DNA of 63,794 bases, the filler included, from an uncultured Methanoregulaceae archaeon (GTDB lineage Archaea; Halobacteriota; Methanomicrobia; Methanomicrobiales; Methanospirillaceae), in assembly GCA_964530035.1 (NCBI GenBank). It is 3 parts of 3 records of this genome, joined end to end, with 100 filler letters (N's around TTAATTAATTAA, not from the genome) between each part and the next. Parts side by side here need not be neighbours in the genome. Positions count along the whole stretch, not along the records: positions 1 to 21,447 come from CAZGXZ010000020.1; 2 more parts are not named here. One strand, given 5' to 3'. Each line of letters opens with the position of its first letter. Within the stretch, counting starts at the first letter, position 1. A program made the translations under genes and the position numbers. Shown in pieces: positions 1 through 9,252 of the stretch. A model generated the notes under the pieces. The model had not been told where the DNA came from and made no database searches. It saw only the letters and a list, made by a program, of their open reading frames with translations.

Positions 1-39
1 GAGACCAAATCTGATGAACTCCTCGAATGGTTCGAATAA
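1..39 (+). CDS. 3' end of a gene cut by the window edge (…ETKSDELLEWFE*)
   Basis: Open frame from base 1 to TAA at 37-39; too short to identify. Confidence 0.45.
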   Translation, partial: ETKSDELLEWFE

Positions 40-55
40 CCACAAAAAACCGGCA

Positions 56-127
56 TGGACCCGGCGGGATTTGAACCCGCGGCCTTTACGTTGCGAACGT
101 AACGATCTACCCCTGATCTACAGGCCC
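56..127 (-). tRNA. tRNA-Ala(CGC)
   Basis: Reverse complement GGGCCTG…anticodon arm TTACG-TTCGCAA-CGTAA…GGTTCAAATCC…CGGGTCCA forms a cloverleaf. Confidence 0.95.
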
Positions 128-138
128 ATAAAAGGAGA

Positions 139-1149
139 TCAGAGAATGATCTCGATATCTAATTTTTCTGCCAGTTCCTTATATCTGTTCCTGATTGTAA
201 CTTCCGTGACACCTGCAACCTCTGCGACTTCCCGCTGGGTCCGTCGTTCGCCACCCAGGATGGAAGAGATATAGATGGCAGCCGCTGCGACCCCTGTCGG
301 GCCTCTTCCGCTTGTAAGCTCACGTTCACCGGCCTGCCTCAGAATTTCCACGGCACGGCTCTGTGCTTCCCCCTTGAGGTTCAGGCCTGAGCAGAAGCGC
401 GGAACATAGTCGATAGGCGAGGTGGGGAGGAGTTTTAACCCAAGTTCTCTTGAGATGAACCGGTATGTACGACCTATCTCCTTCCTGGAAACCCTCGAAA
501 CTTCTGCAATCTCGTCGAGTGTCCTCGGGACGCTGCACTGGCGACAGGCGGCATACAGGGCCGCTGCTGCCACACCTTCGATACTTCTCCCACGGATAAG
601 GTTTTTATCGACAGCATCGCGGTATACGACGGCGGCCGTCTCCCTGACGTTTCTCGGAAGACCGAGCGCTGACGCCATGCGGTCAAGTTCTGAAAGGGCG
701 AATGCAAGGTTCCGTTCAGTGGCATTGGACACCCTGATCCTGCGCTGCCACTTCCTGAGGCGGTACAGCTGGGCACGGTTCTTGCTGGATATCGCCCTGC
801 CGTAGCTGTCCCTGTTCCTCCAGTCTATCATCGTTGACAGGCCCTTGTCATGGATGGTAAAGGTCATAGGCGCCCCGACCCTCGACCTCTTCATCCGCTG
901 GTCATGGTCAAATGCACGCCATTCAGGCCCTCTGTCGATAAAATCATCATCGATGACAAGCCCGCAGTTCTGGCATACGAGCTCCGCACGCTCATAGTCG
1001 TGGACCAGCTGGCGACTCTTGCATTCAGGACAAACCGTTTCCGTGTGGTCCTCGGCCTTTTTCTCGTGTTCTTTCACACGCTCCTTCAACCGGTTCTTAA
1101 GCGCCTCACGCTCACTCTGGAGGATTCTTAGCTTCTCGACTTCCTGCAT
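139..1149 (-). CDS. tfb: Transcription initiation factor IIB (TFB)
   Basis: Zn ribbon CPEC…CQNCG, B-reader GPEWRAF, two cyclin repeats, C-terminal [13 protein letters not shown]. Confidence 0.98.
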   Translation of the reverse strand: MQEVEKLRILQSEREALKNRLKERVKEHEKKAEDHTETVCPECKSRQLVHDYERAELVCQNCGLVIDDDFIDRGPEWRAFDHDQRMKRSRVGAPMTFTIHDKGLSTMIDWRNRDSYGRAISSKNRAQLYRLRKWQRRIRVSNATERNLAFALSELDRMASALGLPRNVRETAAVVYRDAVDKNLIRGRSIEGVAAAALYAACRQCSVPRTLDEIAEVSRVSRKEIGRTYRFISRELGLKLLPTSPIDYVPRFCSGLNLKGEAQSRAVEILRQAGERELTSGRGPTGVAAAAIYISSILGGERRTQREVAEVAGVTEVTIRNRYKELAEKLDIEIIL

Positions 1150-1388
1150 TCCTTAACTCCTTGCTCTTTTGCAAATACCTTCTCGCCAACCAGGGGGCGT
1201 GCTTCACGGTGGCATATAACTGCGGCGTAGGGATGGGCAATGTTCCCGAATACATCTACGATCATCCCTACAGACCTCCTCCGCCGGTCGATTATCTGGC
1301 TGTACAGACGGGGGAGACGAGCAGCATCACACTCAACAATAAGGAGATGTCTTCCTGCCGCATTTGTCGCCCTGCCAACCAATTGCAC
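1128..1388 (-). CDS. gar1: H/ACA RNP protein Gar1/Naf1
   Basis: [18 protein letters not shown] motif; gar1-tfb adjacency is typical of Euryarchaeota; GTG 1388 chosen because a TATA-like box lies at about 1429-1436. Confidence 0.8.
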   Translation of the reverse strand: MQLVGRATNAAGRHLLIVECDAARLPRLYSQIIDRRRRSVGMIVDVFGNIAHPYAAVICHREARPLVGEKVFAKEQGVKECRKSRS

Positions 1389-1494
1389 TACCGAACGCCC
1401 GCCCTTCTCGCAAAGAGAATGTGACAATCTATAAATATTGCCAATGCAAGTATAAAAACTTAACCTTAAACTATTTATATATTTATAGGGAAAA

Positions 1495-2148
1495 TCACAG
1501 TTTAAGCATCTTAACGATATTTAAAGACCGAAGCTCCTTCCAATTATCTTCTTCCATTCCTGCGCCCAGGGCAACAAAGGTTTGTGCGCGCTCATCGAGG
1601 AGGTCTCCGGGGGCATGCGCGTCTGAATTCACGATTACTGGGGCTCCGGTGAGTTCTGCCATCCTCAACACATGCCCGTTTGTCCGGTTGTGCCCGCCTC
1701 TTGCAGTCAGTTCAAGAAGAAGACCGCGCCTGGCGGCAAGCCGCGCTTCTTCTCCGCTGATAAGACCGGGATGTGCCAGTATATCGACCTCCTCGCATAA
1801 ACAGGCCGCATGGTTCGTCCCGGGGCATACCGGTTCAACCGGGGTTTCACCATGAACCACAACAAGGTCAGCTCCTCCCTCACGCGCCTTGGAAGCAATG
1901 GCAGGGATCTCTCTGGGAGGGACATGGGTGATCTCCACTCCACAGAGGAGAGTTACCCCGTACTCCCGTGACGAATCACGCAGTCTTGTAAGACTCTCAA
2001 CAACATATGCAACCGAGCATATGTCTACATGGTCGGTTATTCCCACCGTCGAATACCCGAGGACAGACATGCGACGGATGAGCTCGATGGGTATGAGTTC
2101 GCCATCGCTCATCGTGGTATGAGTATGCAGATCGTACAGTCCCGTCAC
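1495..2148 (-). CDS. PHP-family phosphoesterase (histidinol phosphatase-like)
   Basis: DLHTHT, ITDH, GVEITH, LAHPG and NSDAH metal-binding motifs. Confidence 0.9.
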   Translation of the reverse strand: MTGLYDLHTHTTMSDGELIPIELIRRMSVLGYSTVGITDHVDICSVAYVVESLTRLRDSSREYGVTLLCGVEITHVPPREIPAIASKAREGGADLVVVHGETPVEPVCPGTNHAACLCEEVDILAHPGLISGEEARLAARRGLLLELTARGGHNRTNGHVLRMAELTGAPVIVNSDAHAPGDLLDERAQTFVALGAGMEEDNWKELRSLNIVKMLKL

Positions 2149-2426
2149 CTCTTAACCTCCAGGTGGTGCGCAACTTCCCGGATCAGGTCTTCCTTGGACC
2201 TGCCCTTCCAAAACACCACGACACGTCCCTCATGTTTCCACCAATGGGCAGGATGGTGCTGTTGTTCGGAACGGAAGGTTAGCTTCATCCTCCGGAGAGC
2301 CCTCTCAAGATCAGCGAGGGCTGGATTTTTTGCCGCCTGGCTACGGGCGATTCGCCTGCCTTCAGCACGGGTCAGGGTTGCATTGAAGTAACAGGGATAA
2401 AGGAGCCGTTCACCTTCAGCCATCAT
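2145..2426 (-). CDS. srp19: Signal recognition particle protein SRP19
   Basis: LYPCYFNATLTRAEGRR and HPAHWW…GRV motifs. Confidence 0.92.
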   Translation of the reverse strand: MMAEGERLLYPCYFNATLTRAEGRRIARSQAAKNPALADLERALRRMKLTFRSEQQHHPAHWWKHEGRVVVFWKGRSKEDLIREVAHHLEVKR

Positions 2427-2481
2427 CCGTATAAAAGGCGGGTGAAGTTCTTAACCGTATGGAATCCACCTTACACCATAC

Positions 2482-3129
2482 ATGCACCATATCGACATCC
2501 GGGTGGAAAAAGATATTTTTAACCACAACAATGAGATCGCACATCAAAATGCGACCCGTCTGAAGGAGCACGGGATACGGGCGATTGACCTTCTCGGTGC
2601 CATAGGCTCAGGAAAAACCGCTCTTATCGAACGGCTTGTTCCACTCCTGAAAGAACGTGGCCAGCTCCCAGGTGCCATTGCAGGCGATGTATATGGAGAA
2701 GACGATTACCTGCGGATGAAGGCACTTGGAATCCCTGTCGAAAACGTGAACACGGGAAAGGAATGCCACCTTGACGCCCACTTGGTGGAACATGCCCTGG
2801 ACCATCTCCCTCTGACCCAGATCTCAATACTGTTTATCGAAAATGTAGGAAACATGGTATGCCCCACGGACTTCGAGCTAGGGGCATCCAAGAGGGTGGT
2901 CGTGGTCAGTTCCACGGAAGGGGACGACGTGGTCAACAAGCACCCGATGATGTTCAGGGGATGTTCGATCGCCGTTATCAACAAGATCGATCTCGCCCCG
3001 CTTGTAGGAGCAGATATCGCTAGGATGGAGAGGGATATCCATAGGTATAATCCCGGGATGCCCGTTTTCAAAACGAATCTCAAGACTGGGGACGGTGTTC
3101 TGCCCCTGATCGACGCTCTGCTTGCATGA
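2482..3129 (+). CDS. hypB: Hydrogenase nickel incorporation GTPase HypB
   Basis: GAIGSGKT, ECHLDAH, ENVGNMVCP, NKID. Confidence 0.96.
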   Translation: MHHIDIRVEKDIFNHNNEIAHQNATRLKEHGIRAIDLLGAIGSGKTALIERLVPLLKERGQLPGAIAGDVYGEDDYLRMKALGIPVENVNTGKECHLDAHLVEHALDHLPLTQISILFIENVGNMVCPTDFELGASKRVVVVSSTEGDDVVNKHPMMFRGCSIAVINKIDLAPLVGADIARMERDIHRYNPGMPVFKTNLKTGDGVLPLIDALLA

Positions 3130-3235
3130 GGAGCTGTACTTAAATATCGTAGACAGTGACATATATAGGACTCTCGCCGGCACACCTGAGTCCGGCGATC
3201 AAATAAGCCAGTCACCATACAGGAGATGAAAACCG

Positions 3236-3613
3236 ATGCTTTGGCAGGAACGTTCAATTCGTAAGGCAACAGGAGGCCGGATACACCCGGCTAAGAGCAA
3301 GAAACGGCGCGAGATTGGAAAGGCAGCGGCTGACACGGTCATCGGTGAGGACAGGCGCAAACAGGAACGAACCTTCGGGGGAAACACCAAGGTCAAAGCA
3401 CTCCGTGCATTGTATGCAAGTGTCAGCAACCCTTCAACAGGTGAAACAAAGAAGGTGCGCATTGAAAAAGTTGAGGAAAACCGTGCAAACCCCAACTATG
3501 TCCGACGGAACCTCCTTACGAAAGGCGCTATCGTGCGGACTGAAATGGGCAGGGCAAGAATCGTCAGTCGCCCAGGGCAGCACGGCATCATCTGCGCGGT
3601 ACTCACCGAATAA
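3236..3613 (+). CDS. rps8e: 30S ribosomal protein S8e
   Basis: MLWQERSIRKATGG, NPNYVRRNLLTKGA, SRPGQHG. Confidence 0.97.
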   Translation: MLWQERSIRKATGGRIHPAKSKKRREIGKAAADTVIGEDRRKQERTFGGNTKVKALRALYASVSNPSTGETKKVRIEKVEENRANPNYVRRNLLTKGAIVRTEMGRARIVSRPGQHGIICAVLTE

Positions 3614-3713
3614 AGCTCCCCAATTCAACCGTTTTTTTTATCTTCGTGGAATAACCATCTTACTTCAGATACCTGCCCGGGATACCCGGAAGGATCACTA
3701 TTCGGATGATCCC

Positions 3714-4178
3714 ATGAGCCTAGTGACGACCATTGCCGCTGCATTCCGCCATAGTGGCCGGGAAACCCTTAAAAGGAATGAAATCGTTTATTTTCTCACC
3801 TTCGACAGAAAATGGATGAGCGTCGAGCAGGCCAATGTATTGTTGAAGCTGGCGGCTGAAAAGGGGCTTATCAATCAGAACGAGGGTATGATAACACCTG
3901 CATTCAACATACAGGAGGTTTCCATTCCGCTGGGTTTCAAACCCGACTCCGGGATATTCGATGCGGATGATCCGGTTGAGCGCCTTATCGAGCGTATCGC
4001 GGCTGCAACAGGAAAGAGCCCTTCTGACATTGTTTCATCCGCAAACAACACTATCCATGACGCTTTTGACGGAAACCTTCTTCCAGCTGCCGCTATGGTC
4101 ATAATTGCAAGGGAGCAGGGTGTACCCTTTGAAGACCTTCTTCCCGATCTCAGGGCATCTGTTGCAAAAAAAACATGA
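3714..4178 (+). CDS. DUF2240-like conserved archaeal protein
   Basis: MSLVTTIAAAF…LTFDRKWMS…IPLGFKP pattern; ATG 3714 inside the 3315-4178 ORF. Confidence 0.75.
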   Translation: MSLVTTIAAAFRHSGRETLKRNEIVYFLTFDRKWMSVEQANVLLKLAAEKGLINQNEGMITPAFNIQEVSIPLGFKPDSGIFDADDPVERLIERIAAATGKSPSDIVSSANNTIHDAFDGNLLPAAAMVIIAREQGVPFEDLLPDLRASVAKKT

Positions 4179-4265
4179 TCCTTGGGCAACTGTGTGGAGA
4201 TCATGGCCCTGCAGGGCACCCAGCATTGATCAGAACAACTGACAAACGAAAAAAGAATATCGATA

Positions 4266-4670
4266 TTATTCTGCTTTTTCCGGGGATTCCGGCTTGGCAA
4301 AGTACTCTTCCAGAGGCTTGTCACCACGGCTGGTTACCATGGCGTTTATCTGGACGATTTCAGGGGATATTTCGTTACCGCGAATGGATTTTCGCCTGCG
4401 TTCACCTTCGAGCCGCGGGTTGTACCCGACTCCGCCCGCAAGGAGGAGCCGTCTCCTTGCAGTACCCGGAAGGTTGGGCTTCACCGGTGTGCCATTCCTG
4501 TCAGATGCCCCCGTGATTTTTACCCTGTAGCCCTGAAACCCCAGGGGGGCTGCATCGACTTCATCACCGACTTTTTTTCCAATAAGTGCACCTGCCGACC
4601 CGCCGCTGATATCAACCTTGTATGAACGGCCTGATGTCGGATCTGAAACCACAATTTTGAACTCTGCCAT
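4266..4670 (-). CDS. rps6e: 30S ribosomal protein S6e
   Basis: FKIVVSDP, ITGASDRNG, GERRRKSIRGN. Confidence 0.96.
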   Translation of the reverse strand: MAEFKIVVSDPTSGRSYKVDISGGSAGALIGKKVGDEVDAAPLGFQGYRVKITGASDRNGTPVKPNLPGTARRRLLLAGGVGYNPRLEGERRRKSIRGNEISPEIVQINAMVTSRGDKPLEEYFAKPESPEKAE

Positions 4671-4824
4671 TTATTATCACTCCCGTAACCTGCTGCATCT
4701 GGAGGGCATATGGTGCCGGTGCTGGCTTACTGGCCCGGTATCCTCCGGATCCAGGCTTAGCCTACAACCGGACTCCAGCATAGGGCGGTACCCTTACTAT
4801 GTTTCGCTGGATCATTTAAAAGTA

Positions 4825-6603
4825 CTACTTTCCCCAGAACGGGTTCTGACGTCTTTTCAGGAGACAGAACTCCTCGAGGATCATCTGCGCACTGATAGGC
4901 AGGTGGCTTGAAAGCTCTTTTTCGAGGATTTTCACATGACGTTCAGGGATATCCACATACAGGTCATCCTCGATATCGATTTGTCGCCCTACGGTTGCCC
5001 CTTCAACCGATATAGCCACTTCCTGTCCTGCCACGGCTTCCTGGATCGTTTCCCTGTGAAGCTGGATGGTCTTAATATGCCCGACCTTTCTCCCGTCGAG
5101 GTGAATTATCTCCACGTTGGACCGCAAAGTTCCCCCGACAACCCGTATCCCGACGACCGCCGGGTTGCTCTGCCGAAACACGCAGTCAGGGAGGACCTTG
5201 ATGCGGGCTGGAAGGATGATCTGTTCGAAACGCTGTTGTTCCTCCTTTCTTTTCGCTTCGTCCTGCCAGGCGAGATAATCATCGATTATCTTGTAAATCA
5301 CACGTCCTGAGAAGGTCTTCAGGTTGGAGCAGGACGGATCGCGCAGGAGATCGACCGCATCCGGCAGTATCGGGGTATTGAAGGAAATGAGGGCACGATA
5401 ATGAGGATTTTTTATTGTCGCCGTATCGATGATGTCATGTCGGCTGACCGGCCCCACCTCGGCCCGCATCACCGGAATTTTCTTTGCATCAAGCTCTGCA
5501 CAGATTGCTTCGAGGGCCCCAATGGTGTCTGCCTTTATGACGACTCCTTCGGGAGACAGGTTGACATGGATCTGCGACATTTCACGGCTTATCTCCTCCC
5601 TGACGGCATCCAGATCACCCCGCACAACCCGTACGGGTGTCCCGGCGATAACACGGTCAAGTCCGGGCGCCGACACCTTGATTCCAGATGCGGCGACCAC
5701 CGACTTTACCCGTTCAAAGCGATCTTCCACAAGGATCTCCTTTAAAGGCCGTGGTTTCAAAAGGGCCTTGACCTTGGTCGTTGCAACCCCTTCATTCGTG
5801 GCGAACGCTATCTCGTCACCGACGGATAGGATCCCATCGAACAGGATAAGATCGATCGTCATCCCGAGGCCCCTTTCCTCCTTAACCTCGAGGACCGTAC
5901 CCGCACCAGGTCCTTCAACCGATAGTTTAAGCGTCTTTTCGAGGTATCGCTGGGCAAGCCCTATCATTACGAGGAGGAGATCCGTGATGCCTTCACCGGT
6001 ATGCGCGCTTATTGGGACAATCGCAAGGTTCCTGGTGAAGTCGCTGACCCGGTCAAACCGTTCGGATGAAAATTCGTGTTCTGAAAGGGTCCCAACCAGT
6101 TCATAAACCTTGGTCTCGATATTCTGCATCACACGCTCGTTCTGTTTTGCATATGATGCAAGGAACGGGGCATCCCGGGTAACCTTCCATCCAGGGAGCC
6201 TGTCAATTTTTGTGGCCGCAACAACGAACGGAGTCCTGTATGTTCTCAGGATGTTGAGCGCTTCGAGGGTCTGGGGCTGGAACCCCTCATTGATGTCCAC
6301 GACGAGGATGGCCATGTCGGCGAGCGCACCTCCTCGGGCACGGAGGGTTGTGAAGGCATGATGCCCGGGGGTATCGATAAACAGGAGCCCCGGGACGCTG
6401 ATATTCATTTTCTTCATCGATGCACTAGGTCCTTTAATCGCTTCGATTGGTACAATAGTGGCACCGATATGCTGGGTAATCGCACCAGCTTCTGCCTTAA
6501 CAACCGAGGACCCCCTTATCCGGTCCAGGAGCGAGGTTTTCCCGTGGTCAACGTGTCCGAGAACGCAGACGATGGGGGTCCTAATAGCGGGTTGCTGGGC
6601 CAT
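4825..6603 (-). CDS. infB: Translation initiation factor aIF5B/IF-2
   Basis: GHVDHGKT, DTPGH, TKID, VFRQSNPAVVG; no intein. Confidence 0.98.
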   Translation of the reverse strand: MAQQPAIRTPIVCVLGHVDHGKTSLLDRIRGSSVVKAEAGAITQHIGATIVPIEAIKGPSASMKKMNISVPGLLFIDTPGHHAFTTLRARGGALADMAILVVDINEGFQPQTLEALNILRTYRTPFVVAATKIDRLPGWKVTRDAPFLASYAKQNERVMQNIETKVYELVGTLSEHEFSSERFDRVSDFTRNLAIVPISAHTGEGITDLLLVMIGLAQRYLEKTLKLSVEGPGAGTVLEVKEERGLGMTIDLILFDGILSVGDEIAFATNEGVATTKVKALLKPRPLKEILVEDRFERVKSVVAASGIKVSAPGLDRVIAGTPVRVVRGDLDAVREEISREMSQIHVNLSPEGVVIKADTIGALEAICAELDAKKIPVMRAEVGPVSRHDIIDTATIKNPHYRALISFNTPILPDAVDLLRDPSCSNLKTFSGRVIYKIIDDYLAWQDEAKRKEEQQRFEQIILPARIKVLPDCVFRQSNPAVVGIRVVGGTLRSNVEIIHLDGRKVGHIKTIQLHRETIQEAVAGQEVAISVEGATVGRQIDIEDDLYVDIPERHVKILEKELSSHLPISAQMILEEFCLLKRRQNPFWGK

Positions 6604-6943
6604 GCCGGGGTCACCTTGTTTCCTGAGCGCACTCTTTCGTCGGGGGGTATATGGGATATCCTCGCGGCGGAAAGTCCACGCATCCTTTAGCCCGCCGGTC
6701 AGAAATCCGAGGTATCCTGATTATATATACAGTTTGCACGTTCATTAACATGACCATCGACCGCCATCGTGATCTGCACAGAAATCTTTGAAACGGTGCA
6801 ACTGATCCATGAAAGATTATGGTGCCGGGACTCTCATTCGCGGGACAATGAGCTGCCGGAACTGCCTGGTGCCATATCCTTCACCAGGGAAGCCATACGG
6901 CAACATTAATCAAAGAACCATGCCAACATTATCTGCACATCCT

Positions 6944-7015
6944 GCCAGGGTAGGGTAGTGGTTATCCTAGGGGACTGTGGATCCCTTGACCCGGGTTCGA
7001 ATCTCGGCCCTGGCC
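6944..7015 (+). tRNA. tRNA-His(GTG)
   Basis: GCCAGGG/CCCTGGC acceptor stem, arm GGGGA-CTGTGGA-TCCCT, GGTTCGAATC, discriminator C. Confidence 0.95.
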
Positions 7016-7190
7016 TGTTTCATTTTTAAAGCAAGATTGGGAAGTTTGCCTGTTTCCGGTTATTCCGGATCATTTTTTTTGAAAAACAGGGGGTTCAGTT
7101 CGATCAGTGCGGGCACCGGAAGCCCAATGGTATCATGTGAAATGACCAGCAATAGACGATAAAAAGACCACAGTGAGGGATCATCTATCA

Positions 7191-8024
7191 ATGACTCTAA
7201 CAAGCGAAATCGCGAGAACTGCCGGGATCACAACCGAACCGGTGGCCATCATCTGGACCGATGAGAAACCACCGGGAGCTCTTGAATTTAAAAGAGGGGC
7301 CTGGGGCTGTGTTATGTGGTTATTTGCGAAGGTTGCCTGCGAAGGCCGTACCGCTGTATTCGGGAGAGAAACAATCGGTTGTACCGGCGCTGCAATGGGT
7401 CTTGGCTTCGGGCGGCCTTTTGAACAACACGCGTCCCGGAATGAGGAGGGGTTCTGCTGTTTCCTGTCAAACGGCATTAAAGGGGCAAAAAACCGGGGCG
7501 ATTACGAAGCACTAGTACAACAGAGCCGCGACCCCCGTCATGCAAAAATGCTCCTGGAAGGGGAACGCCTCATGAAAAACCCCTCCGTCGTCAAAAAGTT
7601 CCTGGAAAACTTACCACATTATGATTCAGGAAGACCATACATCGTCATGAAACCACTGTCAGAAGCCTGCAGTGGTGAGGACATCAGGAGCGTAACCTTT
7701 GTTGCAGATGCCGACCAGATTTCCGCCCTCTCTATCCTTGCCAATTATGAAACAGGGCGGATCAGGGATGGAGTGATAATCGCATCCGGTGCATCAGGGT
7801 GCCAGGCCATCGGAGTATGCACCTATGCCGAGGGAGGAACTGAATCCAGACGGGCAGTTGTCGGCCTTACTGATATTACAGCGCGCAAAGCAGTTCGGAG
7901 GCTCCTTGGCAGTGACAAGCTTACCTTTTCGGTCCCGTATGACCTCTACCTCGAAATGGAGGGAAATGTTCCCGGGAGTTTCCTTGAATCCGATCTCTGG
8001 AGGGAACTCCGGGATTCACACTGA
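7191..8024 (+). CDS. DUF169-family protein
   Basis: EPVAIIW…CVM…GCTGAAMGLGFG…SGCQAIG…VVGLTDITARK…LTFSVP. Confidence 0.75.
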   Translation: MTLTSEIARTAGITTEPVAIIWTDEKPPGALEFKRGAWGCVMWLFAKVACEGRTAVFGRETIGCTGAAMGLGFGRPFEQHASRNEEGFCCFLSNGIKGAKNRGDYEALVQQSRDPRHAKMLLEGERLMKNPSVVKKFLENLPHYDSGRPYIVMKPLSEACSGEDIRSVTFVADADQISALSILANYETGRIRDGVIIASGASGCQAIGVCTYAEGGTESRRAVVGLTDITARKAVRRLLGSDKLTFSVPYDLYLEMEGNVPGSFLESDLWRELRDSH

Positions 8025-8604
8025 ATTCGGACTCATGTTTTCCCCAGTCTTCTCCCACAGGATTTATTTCATATGGGCAGCCGGTTAAAAACGGTTCAAA
8101 AGCTCTGGTCCATCGTTCCGTCTTCTCTCCGACTGAAATTGCTGCATATGCCGGACTGGTAGAGGGGCATCGGATTACTACAATACCTCCCGGAAGGGGA
8201 TTTTGGCCGCACAAATCCATGAATGCCCGGAATGCGGCGGAACCATTCGCCACGACTGCAGTAACCGATGGAAAACCGTTTAATACCGATGAAAAATCGT
8301 TGAAAACCGGGGATGAGATTGTCCTGTCCTGGCTTCCCGCCCGCTCACATGACCCTATCGCATCGAAAAGACCAATTCCTGCATCTGCAAGCCCTGAAAG
8401 CCGTACTTCGTATGGTGCATCGTGAGGTACACCACATATTGACTCCATAATCCGCCAGAACTGGTTCCTTGGGTTCGCATAATACTCCTTCCGCACAAGG
8501 GACAGGTGCGATGGGAACGACCCAATGACCAGTACCTTCATTTCCGGTGGGGTAAATGCTGGAAGGCCTTCTTGATAACGGTTTTTTAAAGGATCGTGGT
8601 TCAT
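7921..8604 (-). CDS. Uracil/hypoxanthine-DNA glycosylase superfamily protein
   Basis: VIGSFPS…YYANPRNQFW, ANG and CPSTSPA motifs. Confidence 0.88.
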   Translation of the reverse strand: MNHDPLKNRYQEGLPAFTPPEMKVLVIGSFPSHLSLVRKEYYANPRNQFWRIMESICGVPHDAPYEVRLSGLADAGIGLFDAIGSCERAGSQDRTISSPVFNDFSSVLNGFPSVTAVVANGSAAFRAFMDLCGQNPLPGGIVVIRCPSTSPAYAAISVGEKTERWTRAFEPFLTGCPYEINPVGEDWGKHESEFSVNPGVPSRDRIQGNSREHFPPFRGRGHTGPKR

Positions 8605-8688
8605 GAGTCAATACCTTGGTTTCCCTGCCCTTCCGGGTATCTCGCTGCGGACATAAACTGATATTGCCGGAGCAGAGAATATGACCTT

Positions 8689-9153
8689 TTACCTGGGAAT
8701 TTCATGATGGAAAACGAGGGCGGCCGAGTTCATGCAGAACCTCCTGCCTCCTGGTGCCGGCCCGTCATTGAATACATGGCCGAGATGAGCGTCACAGCGG
8801 GCACACAGGACCTCCGTGCGGTTTATGCCATAACTTCTATCCTCTGCGTACGTCACGTTGTCTTCAGAGACAGGAGCAGAAAAACTCGGCCATCCTGTTC
8901 CTGAATCAAACTTTGTATCTGATTGGAAAAGGTCCGTCCCACAACACGCACAGGTGTATACACCCTCCTCTCTGTTGTTATACCAACGACCTGAAAAGGC
9001 AGGTTCGGTCCTTTTCATCCGGGCTATGTGATACACTTCAGGAGGAAGGATACGTCGCCATTCCTCTGCCGGTTTATCAATACGTTCAATGCACTCAGAC
9101 CTGCCGGAAGAAACAGAGAAGATGGCAGTTTTCCCCCCGGTGCATCGTGTCAT
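8689..9153 (-). CDS. msrB: Peptide-methionine (R)-S-oxide reductase
   Basis: TEPAFSG, KFDSGTGWPSF, HLGHVFNDGP, RFCMNS. Confidence 0.96.
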   Translation of the reverse strand: MTRCTGGKTAIFSVSSGRSECIERIDKPAEEWRRILPPEVYHIARMKRTEPAFSGRWYNNREEGVYTCACCGTDLFQSDTKFDSGTGWPSFSAPVSEDNVTYAEDRSYGINRTEVLCARCDAHLGHVFNDGPAPGGRRFCMNSAALVFHHEIPR

Positions 9154-9252
9154 GCTATTCTCAAATCATTGTCCAGGCTTTAATACCAGGCGGATGAGGC
9201 ATAGGCCAGGGATGGCAGCAGACATAAGATCACCTGGATACGACCGGTGATA

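Noticed and set aside
14..274. 86-aa ORF at the window start
   Set aside because: Antisense to tRNA-Ala and tfb
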